A stretch of DNA of 63,297 nt, counting the filler. It is 8 parts of 8 records of this genome, joined end to end, with 100 filler letters (N's around TTAATTAATTAA, not from the genome) between each part and the next. Parts side by side here need not be neighbours in the genome. Positions count along the whole stretch, not along the records: positions 31,407 to 41,482 come from SRR2962707_3403; positions 41,583 to 49,026 come from SRR2962707_3405; positions 49,127 to 54,639 come from SRR2962707_3406; 5 more parts are not named here. One strand, given 5' to 3'. This document shows positions 39,229 to 49,661 of this stretch, in pieces. The notes beneath the pieces were generated by a model that was not told the origin of the DNA, did no database searches, and was given only the letters and a program-made list of their open reading frames with translations. Position numbers and translations under genes: made by a program. Within the stretch, counting starts at the first letter, position 1; the number at the start of each line of letters is the position of its first letter.

Positions 39229-40500
39229 TTATAAATCGAAACCTAAGTCTTTTCTGTAGTTCATTTTATCGAAAGCTATTTTCTCCATGCTTTTGTAAGA
39301 AGTTTTCAAGGCTTCTTTAAAATCATTTCCGAAAGAAGTTACAGCCAACACACGCCCACCAGACGAAACAACCTCATCATCCTTCAACTGAGTTCCTGCA
39401 TGAAAGACTATAGAATCTTCAACATTTTCAAAACCTGTAATTACTTTTCCTTTTTCGTATGCTTCAGGATATCCACCAGAAACTGCTACAATTGTAGTTG
39501 CAGTTCTATCGTCTAAATCTAACTTAATAGTATTTAAAGTTCCATTTGCTGTAGCCTGTAGAAGCTCCACCATATCATTCTTTACACGAGGTAAAACCAC
39601 CTCGGTTTCTGGATCTCCCATACGTACATTATACTCAATAACATAGGGTTCCTCCCCTACTTTTATGAGTCCGATAAATACAAAACCTTTATATGGTATT
39701 TCGTCTTTTTGAAAACCTTCAATAGTAGGTTTTACAATACGGTCTTCTATCTTTTGCATAAAGGTAGCATCTGCAAACGGCACTGGTGAGATTGCTCCCA
39801 TTCCACCCGTGTTTAAACCAGTATCTCCTTCCCCTATACGCTTATAATCTTTTGCTGTAGGAAGTGTTATATAATTCTTACCGTCTGTTAAAACAAAAAC
39901 ACTAAGCTCTATCCCGCTTAAAAATTCTTCAATAACCACTTTAGCACTAGCATTTCCAAATTTAGCATCTACCAACATGCTTTTAAGTTCTGCTTTTGCT
40001 TCTTCTATATCGTCTAAAATTAAAACCCCTTTCCCAGCGGCTAATCCATCTGCTTTTAAAACATACGGCGGATTCAAAGTTTCTAAGAAAGCATATCCTG
40101 CTTCTAAACTCTCGGAAGTAAAACTTTGATAAGCTGCAGTAGGTACATTATGGCGCGCCATAAATTCTTTAGCAAACTCTTTGCTTCCTTCTAGAATAGC
40201 TCCTTTTTTTTCTGGGCCTATTACAGGAATATTTTTTAATTCATCATCTTTCAAGAAAAAGTCATGAACCCCTTGTACTAATGGATCTTCTGGGCCTACT
40301 ACTACCATTTCAATATTCTCCGCCAGCACTAATTTTTTAATAGCAGGAAAATCGGTTACCGAAATTTCCACATTGGTAGCTATTTTAGCGGTTCCAGCAT
40401 TACCTGGAGCCACAAAAAGATTAGTTAGTTTATTGCTTTGCGCAATTTTCCATGCGAATGTATGTTCTCTACCGCCAGAACCGAGTATAAGGATGTTCAT
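39229..40500 (-). CDS. purD: Phosphoribosylamine--glycine ligase
   Basis: GSGGREH, APGNAG, LEGSK.FAK, KADGLAAGKGV, NTGGMG, GDPET. Confidence 0.98.
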   Translation of the reverse strand: MNILILGSGGREHTFAWKIAQSNKLTNLFVAPGNAGTAKIATNVEISVTDFPAIKKLVLAENIEMVVVGPEDPLVQGVHDFFLKDDELKNIPVIGPEKKGAILEGSKEFAKEFMARHNVPTAAYQSFTSESLEAGYAFLETLNPPYVLKADGLAAGKGVLILDDIEEAKAELKSMLVDAKFGNASAKVVIEEFLSGIELSVFVLTDGKNYITLPTAKDYKRIGEGDTGLNTGGMGAISPVPFADATFMQKIEDRIVKPTIEGFQKDEIPYKGFVFIGLIKVGEEPYVIEYNVRMGDPETEVVLPRVKNDMVELLQATANGTLNTIKLDLDDRTATTIVAVSGGYPEAYEKGKVITGFENVEDSIVFHAGTQLKDDEVVSSGGRVLAVTSFGNDFKEALKTSYKSMEKIAFDKMNYRKDLGFDL

Positions 40501-40863
40501 TTTTACTGAATTTAATAGTCTTTGTATTAAAGTTCCAAAGGTACATTCAGTAGAGGCAAAAACATAATTTATGAATGAAAAGTTTATTTGTTTTTTACAA
40601 AAGCTAAAACGCTACGTTCTTTGTTCTTTAGCTTCTTCTATGGTTGTACTTTTACTTTTTAACAATAACCTCCTAAATAACTCTTGCTATTCATCTTTTT
40701 TATCGATAAAAAATGTTCAAACTACAACTTAAGAATGCTTAAAATAGGATAGTCCATGAAATATTGAAACCCAAATTACGGAAAGTCATAACTTCATAAA
40801 AACAAAAAAGCTAATCACTAAGGACTAACTAACTTTCTCTTGTCAATTGAATATATTTATATT

Positions 40864-41115
40864 TCAGATAGTATCATCTTTATCTAACTCAAAGTCGACA
40901 TCTAATAATTCCTTAGGTTGAACTTCTAATGCCTTAGCCAATGCCAATAAAGTTGTAAATTGAAAATTCCTATCTCCATTTTCAATAACACTTATATTTC
41001 CTTTAGTGACTCTACATCTAGTAGCTAAATCATCTTGGGATAGCCCTTTCTCTTTTCTTATTCGAAGCAAGTTCCTTCCAAATATTAATTGTCGCTTTTT
41101 ATCTAGATTACTCAT
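40864..41115 (-). CDS. XRE-family helix-turn-helix regulator
   Basis: FG..L..IR.EKGLSQ..LA......ISVIENG.RN....TL..LA.ALEV. Confidence 0.92.
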   Translation of the reverse strand: MSNLDKKRQLIFGRNLLRIRKEKGLSQDDLATRCRVTKGNISVIENGDRNFQFTTLLALAKALEVQPKELLDVDFELDKDDTI

Positions 41116-41160
41116 TTATCGGCACATCTTTCAACAAAATCACTAATTATTTTTTAAAAT

Positions 41161-41184
41161 TTTGTTACAAGAACTTGTAACAAA
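41161..41184. promoter_or_regulatory. Perfect palindromic operator upstream of the XRE gene
   Basis: TTTGTTACAAG-AA-CTTGTAACAAA (11-bp arms). Confidence 0.7.
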
Positions 41185-41305
41185 GCATTTTTTTTAATAC
41201 TTTAGTCAAAATTAATCTTCATTCTAATGCCTTAGAAGGATGGAATGAATAGTATATTTGCAATTCTTCAAATAAGAAAATATTAGAAGCAATTGCTTTG
41301 AGTCT

Positions 41306-41432
41306 CGGATTGAAAACTGGTAATTTTTATGCAATGAGATGATAAGTAAATTTGCTCACGACCCGGGCGTGGGCTCTCTTATCGTTGCACGGTATACCAG
41401 TACCTCAATCCGTTAAGTTGAGTTTCACGCCC
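41306..41432 (+). ncRNA. Putative structured cis/antisense regulatory RNA (C4/CI-like architecture)
   Basis: Five nested complementary segment pairs plus a mutually exclusive closing stem (41365-41376 with 41420-41432). Confidence 0.55.
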
Positions 41433-41482
41433 ATTCGTTTTTATACATTAGGCTTCTCAACTATTCTTAGCATTGGTTTCTT

Positions 41483-41582
41483 NNNNNNNNNNNNNNNNNN
41501 NNNNNNNNNNNNNNNNNNNNNNNNNNTTAATTAATTAANNNNNNNNNNNNNNNNNNNNNNNNNNNNNNNNNNNNNNNNNNNN
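41483..41582. other. Artificial contig spacer
   Basis: N44-TTAATTAATTAA-N44. Confidence 0.98.
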
Positions 41583-41760
41583 AGCAGCAGCAGCAGCAGC
41601 AGCTACTGCTGCTGCAACAACAACAACGAGAAGCGCCGAAGCATCCATTCCGACCGCATCTTCGTCCTCTTCGTCAAAAAAGCGCAAGGCTGCTGCAACA
41701 TCATCGTTGTCGCCACCACCACCACCACCATCATCATCGTCATCATCATCATCTTCTTCT
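41583..41760 (+). repeat. Trinucleotide low-complexity tracts (GCA, ACA, CCA, TCA) encoding poly-A/T/P/S
   Basis: (GCA)n at the contig start, then ACA, CCA and TCA runs. Confidence 0.85.
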
Positions 41761-44700
41761 AAATCTTCATTTTTGTCATCAGTTGCAGCAGCACCGGCGG
41801 TGCCGCCTTCAGGCAGCAGCCCCGCAAATTTTGGCGCTAGTCGAGGACGTGGACAGTTGCCAACGAGAACGACGACGACGGGCAATAGGCCCGGGGTTAA
41901 GCGCCCGAGACCGAGCATTCCTGTGCCCAAGTTCTCTCAAGAGGCTTCACCGTCCGCTGCTGCTGCTAATTCGCAGGGACGAGAGTCTCAGACTTTGTCG
42001 CAGGACAGTATGGACGGCACACGCCTGCCGAGGCCGCCGATTAGGGAGCCAATTTTGTGCCTGAGGAGCGTGCAAGATACGCGCACGGCGTGGCCGTTGG
42101 ACTCGGCTCGGCAACGCATATTTTCAATTGGGAGGAACGCGAACGTTGTGGACATTGTGGCCACTGGACAGCGTGTCAGCCGGGAGCATGCAGAATTGCA
42201 TTGGGATGCCAAAGATGCATGCTGGCGACTGGTAGACAAGAGCTCGGGTGGTGTCTGGGTCAACGAGAGGCGTATTCCGAAAGCAAGCGTTTTGTCAGGC
42301 AAAAGCAACGGGGACCTGCCAGTCACGCAGGGCTACCCGCTTCAGATTTTAGATCGTATTTGCTTCGGGCACAACCTGCCGGAGTCCACATTTACTCTTG
42401 AGTGTTGGACAAGCCCGCTGGCGAGACTGGTCGTATTGCAGCAAGATTCAACTGGCATTGCTGGGTCGGTGCCGCAACACTTTTGCCTGGATGCACGTAC
42501 CCGCCGCACTTATGCCATCGGTGAGCACGTTGCGCGCATTGTTGTTTGCCCTCGTGCAACGACTACGTGCGAGCAGTCTGCTTGTCAGAAATGAGACCAC
42601 AACTTTACGCCCCTCCCCGTTCCTGTATGCTTGATGCGTCCAGGCCGCAGCCAGAAAATGGTTCAAATTGCTGTTGTGCACGCAATGCTTTCAAGGGTAC
42701 ACATGCAGGTATGTTCAACAGCTTGCTTCTGAACGAAGAGAGCACCTCAATTGCCCACATGCATGTACCACTCGTGTGTCATTGAATGTACTGCGAGTGA
42801 CCTTTTCCATGAGCTCATGGGGCGTTTTTTTTGTGTCCCACGCCGATGAATGCAGCTGGAGTACACAGTGACAACCTCCGAAGGCGCTCGCAACATCCAC
42901 AAAAAGCCGGTCAATGGTGCCTCCGCAGCTCCAATAAGCACACCACCTATCTGCCATTGGACTGCGACGGATCGCGTGAGCCGCAACGGAACGTTCCTCA
43001 ACGGATCTCGCATATCTCCACGGGCGTCGCACACCCTGAGTCATGGTGATCAACTTGTTCTGGGAGACATTTCGTGCCCAGCAGTGACACTTCGTTTCGA
43101 ATACCTCGCAGGTGCTTTAGGTTGGTGCTTTGTTGGTGTGTCGCGCATGTTGCAATGCTTCCCCCATTGCCCCATGCCGGGACCTGCGGTCCAAATGCGG
43201 TCCAAATGCGTGGCTTCAGATTTTGCTTTTTTGCTTCGTTCTAGGGCGGGGAATTCAGAGGCCAACTGGCGGATTTGCCAATGCTGGCCACACAACAGGA
43301 CCTCCCATACAACGGAAACGGGCTAGGGACAGTGATCTAGTATCGTGGAAGGTTAGAACACGTCGTGCACGCTTCATGTACCTTCGCATTTCGACAAGGC
43401 GCTCGCATTTGTGCCTGGGTGCATCAAGGCCTCGTGTGCTGCATGATTAAGTAATGCTGTTGGAAAACTCTGCCAACCTCAACCCCTGCAGGTACAGCAG
43501 CAAGCCCTGCAACAGCAAATTCGTGCCTTGGAGGCCAAAGCACAAGCAGCGGACTTGAAGGCCCAACAGTTAGAGCGTAAAGCTAGTGAGGTGAAAGAAG
43601 TAGAAAAGGTTGTGATTCAAAAAGTTGTGGAGAAAGACACGGAGATGGAGGCAAAAAATGCTGAGCTACAGCAGCAACAGGCCGCCTTGCAAGGTGCGCG
43701 GACCTCATCAGCGTGGCAGCGTCAATATTTGTTGAAACACCCTTGAATAGGTTTGACTCTCGCAACTGTTCTGTTGATCCGTTCAATTTTGTTTGCTTGT
43801 TTTGTTAAAATCCAACTCATCGGCCAGCTCAAATTGCAGCCCTCCAGCAGCAAATGAAAGCAGCGGCTGAAAAAGAGGTGATTAAGGAGGTCGAAGTTGT
43901 CAAAGAAGTCGAAAAGGTGGTTCCGCGAGAGGTCATTAAAGAAGTCATCAAAGAGGTGTGTTTCCTCCCACAGCACGGTTGCCTGCCGACATGCCAGAAT
44001 TCGCGCCAACAACTTTTTTTGTGGTGGTGTCGAAGGTAGAGAAAGTGGTCAAGGACCCTGAGACCGAGGCTCAGAACGCACAGCTGCAAGCACAGCGGGC
44101 TGAGCTACAACATCAGATCGAGATGCTCGAGGCGAAGCAAAAGGAAGTGGCAGCAGTTGCAGAGCGCAATGCTCGCGTGAAAGCGGACATGATTGAATAT
44201 AGTTGGTCATGCTGCATTTGCACTGAGTACTTGGTCAAGTCACGGCTATTGGCGTGCGGTACGTTGCAGCAGCTTGGATCAAGTCGCTCGTTGGGAATAT
44301 GGGAGTATTCTTGCGCCCAACTGTGTGGCGCTTTACGATGTGCGTAGGCCACACGTTTTGCCAATCTTGTATCGAGGAATGGCTCGAAGTCAACAGCGTC
44401 TGTCCGAAGTGTCGTGAGCCAGTCAAAAGCCCGCCTTTGCCGAACACAGTGCTCGACGAAACTTTGTCCAAAATCATTTTGGAACTGAAGGACTGCGGTG
44501 AGCAAGCCGCAAAAGACTACCAAGAGAGACTTGATGAATGGGAAGAGACATATTCAGAATCTAAGAAAAGGACAATGGAACGACAAGGCGGTGAGGGTGC
44601 TCAGACTGCCGCTGCTGGAGCAGCTGCTCCCGCCAACACCGCATACACTTCACCACACCCCAATGATGCCGGAGCCACAGCGCCCTCATCAAGTGGCACT

Positions 44701-44993
44701 TCCTCGGACGCTGCTGGTCATGCTGTCGATCTCACTGGTGCAGTTCAAGTTCACCTGGAAAAGAACACTCGTCGCAATAAGCGATGTGATGTTTGCAAGC
44801 GCGTAGTTCGTCTTGGAGAGGCAGTGGTGAGTGGCGTGGCGGAAATCACTACTTTTTTGCAGAATATGGGCGCATGTGATGCATGCGGTGTTGCAGACTC
44901 TTGCATACTCAGCACGATGTCGTGCGTGCTCTAGGTTCGATCCCATCCAACTGTGAATAACTCCAACGAGCGACGGACGACTTATGCCCACAA
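41583..44993 (+). CDS. Eukaryotic multi-exon gene: FHA-FHA-coiled coil-C3HC4 RING (RNF8/CHFR-like E3 ligase); 5'-truncated, 3' end uncertain
   Basis: Proposed exons <41583-42520, 42644-42708, 42856-43111, 43245-43351, 43492-43693, 43828-43955, 44036-44258, 44348-44826 and 44935-. All introns are GT..AG and keep frame. Splicing rebuilds FHA2 (IGRS...SRVH...SRNGTFLNG...GD) and the RING (CCIC...CGHTFCQSC...CPKC). Confidence 0.78.
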
Positions 44994-45752
44994 GTGTGTT
45001 GACTCGTATTTTCGCATTGTAGCAGCCACTCGGCAGCAAGAGTGCTTCGGGAATTGTCTTATCGAGACTGATTTGTGCTTTGCATGTGCTTTCGTGTATG
45101 ATTCAACGCAGTGCATGCTGGCACCAAACTCACCAACATTCCCTTAACACCATCAGCGAGTTGACTTCGACGGTGTTCCGATACCGCGAGTTGCGAAGCA
45201 TGGGGTGGTAGTTCCAAGATGGCATGCTTTTACCCAGCTAGTGAGTACACTCGTGTCGAACTACAATGTTATCCTTTGTGTGTTTATAAAATAATTATGA
45301 TCGCAGTTTTTTTTTAAAATTAAGGAAATAAATTGACAAGTATCACGGCCGCAGTTGCACAATTCTTGCGGAGAAAGTCCGCACTGCGTCCGTGGCAATG
45401 ATGGCATACCCTGTGTCGAACAATTACTGTGGGCACGTGTCGGCAGCGTGCAGCTGCACTTCATCGAGCCGCACGCCAAAGAGTCTTTGGACGCACGATG
45501 TTAAATGGCATTGCTGGACATGCAAGTCCCTCTCGATAAGGCACTGCCCTGGAATGCGAGTGAGCCTTGAGGACAAAAGAATGTACAAGCAGAGATACAG
45601 CGACCGTAACAGCTTTGACAAGCAAATAATTGTTAGGGCAGTGGCAGTCGAACAAATAGCTGAGCAATCAATCAACAACTATTTTTTTCGTCGATGTTTC
45701 CCACAGTCGGAAGTGATTCGCCGAAATCGCATTGCTCCCAGCAAGGCTCGCC

Positions 45753-48662
45753 TCACTCCTTCACCAACTCCACGTGAAAGCAACCAGAGCTGTCCGTGCA
45801 GTGAATGGAGCTTCCTGTGCCACCAAAACCGGAGCAGACAAACTCATGCTCCGGGTTGTGGGTATTCGTGCAGAACGAGTAGTCGACGATAGAGTCGCCG
45901 TCCGTGGCCACCTCTGTCAACACGTCGACGTCGTCGGCAGAGTCCAAGTCCCACGCGAACACGCTGCCACAAAATATCAGCGAAACGATTGGCGAAACGT
46001 TAGCGGTGGTGCATTCACGGAACACAATGCCCACTGCTATTCTTTGCAAGCTGCAACTCACCGTTGGTACAGACAGGAGAACGGTTCGGCGCCGGTAACA
46101 TTGCCAACGTCGCTGTAGCTAAGGCTAGCCGCGGCTGTGATCTTATCCTGGCCAGGCTTGTCGCCATGCTGGACGCTCATCACGCGCAGGTGCATGTGCA
46201 GCTCCGTTGCCTAGCAACCAACCACGTGTGTGCGAAACACGTTAACCGTACTTCTTTGCAAGTGCACGAGAAAAAATGCTCAATGTGGCACGCAGCACGT
46301 GAGTAATGACCGCCCCGAAAATCCAAAAGCTCGCACCCCACACACACACACGCGCAAGCGTCGGAGCGCCGCACAGCACACGTGTCCTGAATCTAAAGGT
46401 ACGTACCTCACCGCCGAACAATGCAGCACACTCGCCAGAGGATGTGTAGCCCGAGTCCGTCGCTGCGCCGGAGAAGAGATCGCCAACCTCGACGGTGGAA
46501 TACGCCTTTGTTTGCGCAAAGCTGGAGGCTTGCCGAGCTGTTGCCGACACGGTCTCAAGCGAAGTTCCCTTGACATTTTGCTTGTTTGCTTCGCCGTCGT
46601 CGAGCGCCTGCAACCGGCGCATTGACGACATTGGGAAGCATTTGGCGGGACTGATGGGTTTGCTCACCGAGAACAGAGTTGCTGGCTTGGTGCTGGCGTT
46701 AAATAGCGTGAGACCGAGGATGGTGACGTCGATTTCGAAGCCGATGGATCCTGAGAAACCCCAGGAGAGAGCTGCGCTGATACCATTAGGGCAAGGATCG
46801 CCATTGGCAGCTTCCAGAGCGCGCGGCTCGGTGCCATAACTGTTGCGGTCGGCGTCCTGGGAGTAGTCGACGTCATACCAGGAGAAGGCACCGCCGGAGC
46901 CGGAGTACGATCCGCTGGACTGATACGCCACAAAATCGTAGAGACTTGGCGATTGGCTGGGCCCAGCACTCGGACTGGGGGTTGGCGACGAGCGCTCGGG
47001 GGTTGGCGACGTGAGCCCGGGGGAGGACGATGGCGCGCTGGAGGGTGAAGCGTCGGATCCATGAGCCGCTCGTGTGAAACTCTTGTCAATTTCGCCAATG
47101 GCGACGCCGTCGATGTGGGGCTTCAGTCCGAAAGTGGGCCCTCCGATATGCTCGGCAACAATACTAACAACTGGCTCAACATACACGCTGATTGCAGCGG
47201 TTGCGGAGCCAGATAGCTCGGTGAAATTTCCGTCGCAGTTAAACGACTTGGTCTGGAGCAATGACCAGCCCGATGCACTGGCGTTGTACTGAACACCGTA
47301 GAGCACTGCGCCGGAAGCTTGGCCAAAGCCAGCTACTACGGCGTTGGCCTGTATCGTGGCGTCCAGGCCCACCGAAACAGGGACTGTGATCGAAAAGGAC
47401 ACTGGGATACCCAAGATTGGCAAGTCAAAGTCCGGCACATGGAGGGTGGCCACGGTTTTGGATGCGTTGAAACTTTTCGTGGCGCTCGCCTCGGCATGCA
47501 CCCCGACGCGCCCCGCAATCGAACCCTCGGCAGCAATCTTGAGATAGTGCATCTTGTATTCCACGATGTCCAGTTCGAAGATCAGGTCCAGGTTGGTGTC
47601 CAGGAAGCAGTCAGTACAAGTGGCGCTCGCTGAGATGCTGTCGTCAGCGCCGGTGTACCCGAGTGAAATGGTGTGGTTTTTGGCTCCGCCGTTGCCGTCT
47701 GAGTTCCAAGAAATGGATTCGATTACCCAAGTCTTATTGGCGCTCAGACCGCCGTCCACGAGCAGGTCGATGGTGTCTTCCACGACATCTTTTACCACAT
47801 TTACGACTGTGGCGACTACGGCCTCTGCCTTTTTGACCACGAACGACACGGCCTTTGCGATGTCGCAGCCAACGTCCCACCAACTGCAACCGTCAAGACT
47901 GCGACGCGTGCTTGGCGCACCGGGCGCAGCAGCATCAAGAGTGTGCTCCACAACGCCATAGTTCGCCGGCATGTCGTGGTCGTACTGCTTGCAGGGCGGG
48001 AGGGCGCCTGACCGGAAACGAATCTTGGCGTTCTTGAAGACGTCCGTGTATCCGGCAGGCTGGGTGGCGATGGTCACAGTGGCCGACGTCGTGCTGCCTG
48101 AGCTGGTGGCAACGGGCCACGCGCCTGGCTTTGCGAACGAGGCTTTGCGCAGAATAATGCCGTGCGGAGAGGACAAGGGGTGGTGCTGGTGGCCTTCGTA
48201 GAGAGGCTTCTTGGCGCAACCCCATTTAGCGGTGCCGCTGATGATTACCTTCGTGTGCGGGGAGGCAGAGACCTGCGCCAAGAGCGCGTTTGCCGCGGCA
48301 GTCGAGGTAAACTCCAGCTCAAGCGAAGCTGAATCGTCGCTGCACACCACAGCGTCGAGACCCAAAACGTCGTCCAGCGAGAGCATGAAGGCATCGTGGG
48401 CGTGCTCGACGTCGTAGGTCATCTGCAGCACGCGGTCGTCTCCTTTGTTCTTCGTTGGAAATCTCCGTGTGACGTTCAGCTTGCCGTGCCGTTTACTTGT
48501 GAACGTGGGGTGCAGCAGTTCCTCGACGCCCATGAAGGGGCCACTTGTGCGAGCGGCATCAGCATCACGGTTGAGAACCCCATCGTTTGCGTGGACAGCA
48601 GCAGCGCACTGCGTGGACGCCAGGACGGCCGCGCTCAGGAAGGCAGCTAGCCAGCCCTGCAT
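45753..48662 (-). CDS. Eukaryotic secreted protein, 3 exons (48662-46407, 46210-46062, 45963-45753), about 871 aa
   Basis: Signal peptide MQGWLAAFLSAAVLA. Introns GTACGT..TAG and GTGAGT..CAG keep frame to TGA at 45753. Beta-rich core with CTDC and a Ser/Pro linker; resembles fungal DUF7029/DUF7223-type proteins (from recall, unverified). Confidence 0.72.
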
Positions 48663-48997
48663 CTTTGACGAGACTTGGCGGTGGCTGGTGGTGGCTGGTC
48701 GGTCGAGTACGCAGCAGCGGTGTGGTGGTGGAGCTGGTTTGTTGGACTTGACGACTTACTTGCTTGATGACTTACTTGCACTTTTCTTTTGAAAAAAGAG
48801 ACAACAAAAACGAGGAGAGGAAAAGACGACGGCGTAGACGACGCACGACAGGCAGGGCGGCGGGCGCGGGGGGGTCGACACAGCAGGCAGGCTGCAACAA
48901 CCTGAACGAACGAGGAACAACGCGTGGATTGAGGGTGCCCCACACCACACACAGAGAGCCTGACTCCTGACTGCTGGAGAGGGAGGAGGCAGCGGAT

Positions 48998-49026
48998 GAG
49001 GGAGGGAGGGAGGGAGGGAGGGAGGG
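48998..49026. repeat. (GAGG)n microsatellite at the contig end
   Basis: GAGGGAGGGAGG... up to the gap. Confidence 0.9.
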
Positions 49027-49126
49027 NNNNNNNNNNNNNNNNNNNNNNNNNNNNNNNNNNNNNNNNNNNNTTAATTAATTAANNNNNNNNNNNNNNNNNN
49101 NNNNNNNNNNNNNNNNNNNNNNNNNN
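49027..49126. other. Artificial contig spacer
   Basis: N44-TTAATTAATTAA-N44. Confidence 0.98.
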
Positions 49127-49247
49127 CTACTACCTCGGGGCAAGCCCACAAGGTAGTCAAAGGAAACAAATTTAATTTATTTCGACGCAGAGTCCTTCGG
49201 TAAACTCAGGACAGGCTCTGGAGAATAAAACCCTCTATGAGGGACTA
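49127..49247 (+). repeat. Flavobacteriaceae REP/MITE-like repeat with an internal extra segment
   Basis: ACTACCTCGGGGCAAGCCCACAAGGTAGTCAAA...TTTCGACGCAGAG[TCCTTCGGTAAACTCAGGACAGGC]...AACCCTCTATGAGGGA. Confidence 0.75.
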
Positions 49248-49272
49248 ATACTAATCTTACAATTTTTAAATT

Positions 49273-49650
49273 ATGGAACAACTACTTCAACAATATCAAT
49301 CGGTTACACAAAATAAAGTTATGCATTGGTTCAACGCTGGAAATATTAACGATTTCCCAGAAAATGGAGGCGCTTGTGTTAAATACAAAACAAAGCAAAT
49401 TGCGGTATACAATTTCACCCGAAAATCGGCTTGGTATGCCTGTCAGAATTTATGTCCTCATAAAATGGAAATGGTACTTTCTCGAGGTATGGTGGGCGAT
49501 TTAAGTGGGATTCCAAAAATTGCTTGTCCGCTACACAAAAAAACATTTTCCTTAGAAAATGGAGAAAATTTAAACGGGGAAGATTATAAAATTGCTACCT
49601 ATCCTGTTAAAATTGAAAATGAAAATGTGTATATTGGCTTCACAGATTAA
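49273..49650 (+). CDS. nirD: Nitrite reductase (NADH) small subunit
   Basis: Rieske-like N.CPH...VLSRG.VGD...P..ACPLHK..FSL..G. Confidence 0.92.
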   Translation: MEQLLQQYQSVTQNKVMHWFNAGNINDFPENGGACVKYKTKQIAVYNFTRKSAWYACQNLCPHKMEMVLSRGMVGDLSGIPKIACPLHKKTFSLENGENLNGEDYKIATYPVKIENENVYIGFTD

Positions 49651-49661
49651 GAAAACAATAT

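Noticed and set aside
41352-41482. Short ORF overlapping the structured RNA, considered as an icd/ash-like leader peptide
   Set aside because: TTG start, truncated by the gap and no recognisable motif; it cannot be supported, though it is not excluded.
41535-41930. Minus-strand ORF with poly-Asp/Gly/Ala
   Set aside because: Antisense shadow of the trinucleotide tracts in the plus-strand FHA gene.
45200-45750. Several small ORFs between the convergent eukaryotic genes
   Set aside because: No motifs or coding bias; probably 3' UTR or intergenic, though a terminal exon of the FHA-RING gene may lie at about 45000-45300.
46242-46406. C-terminal tail of the 806-aa ORF
   Set aside because: Read-through into an intron that starts GTACGT at 46406; splicing gives a coherent three-exon gene.
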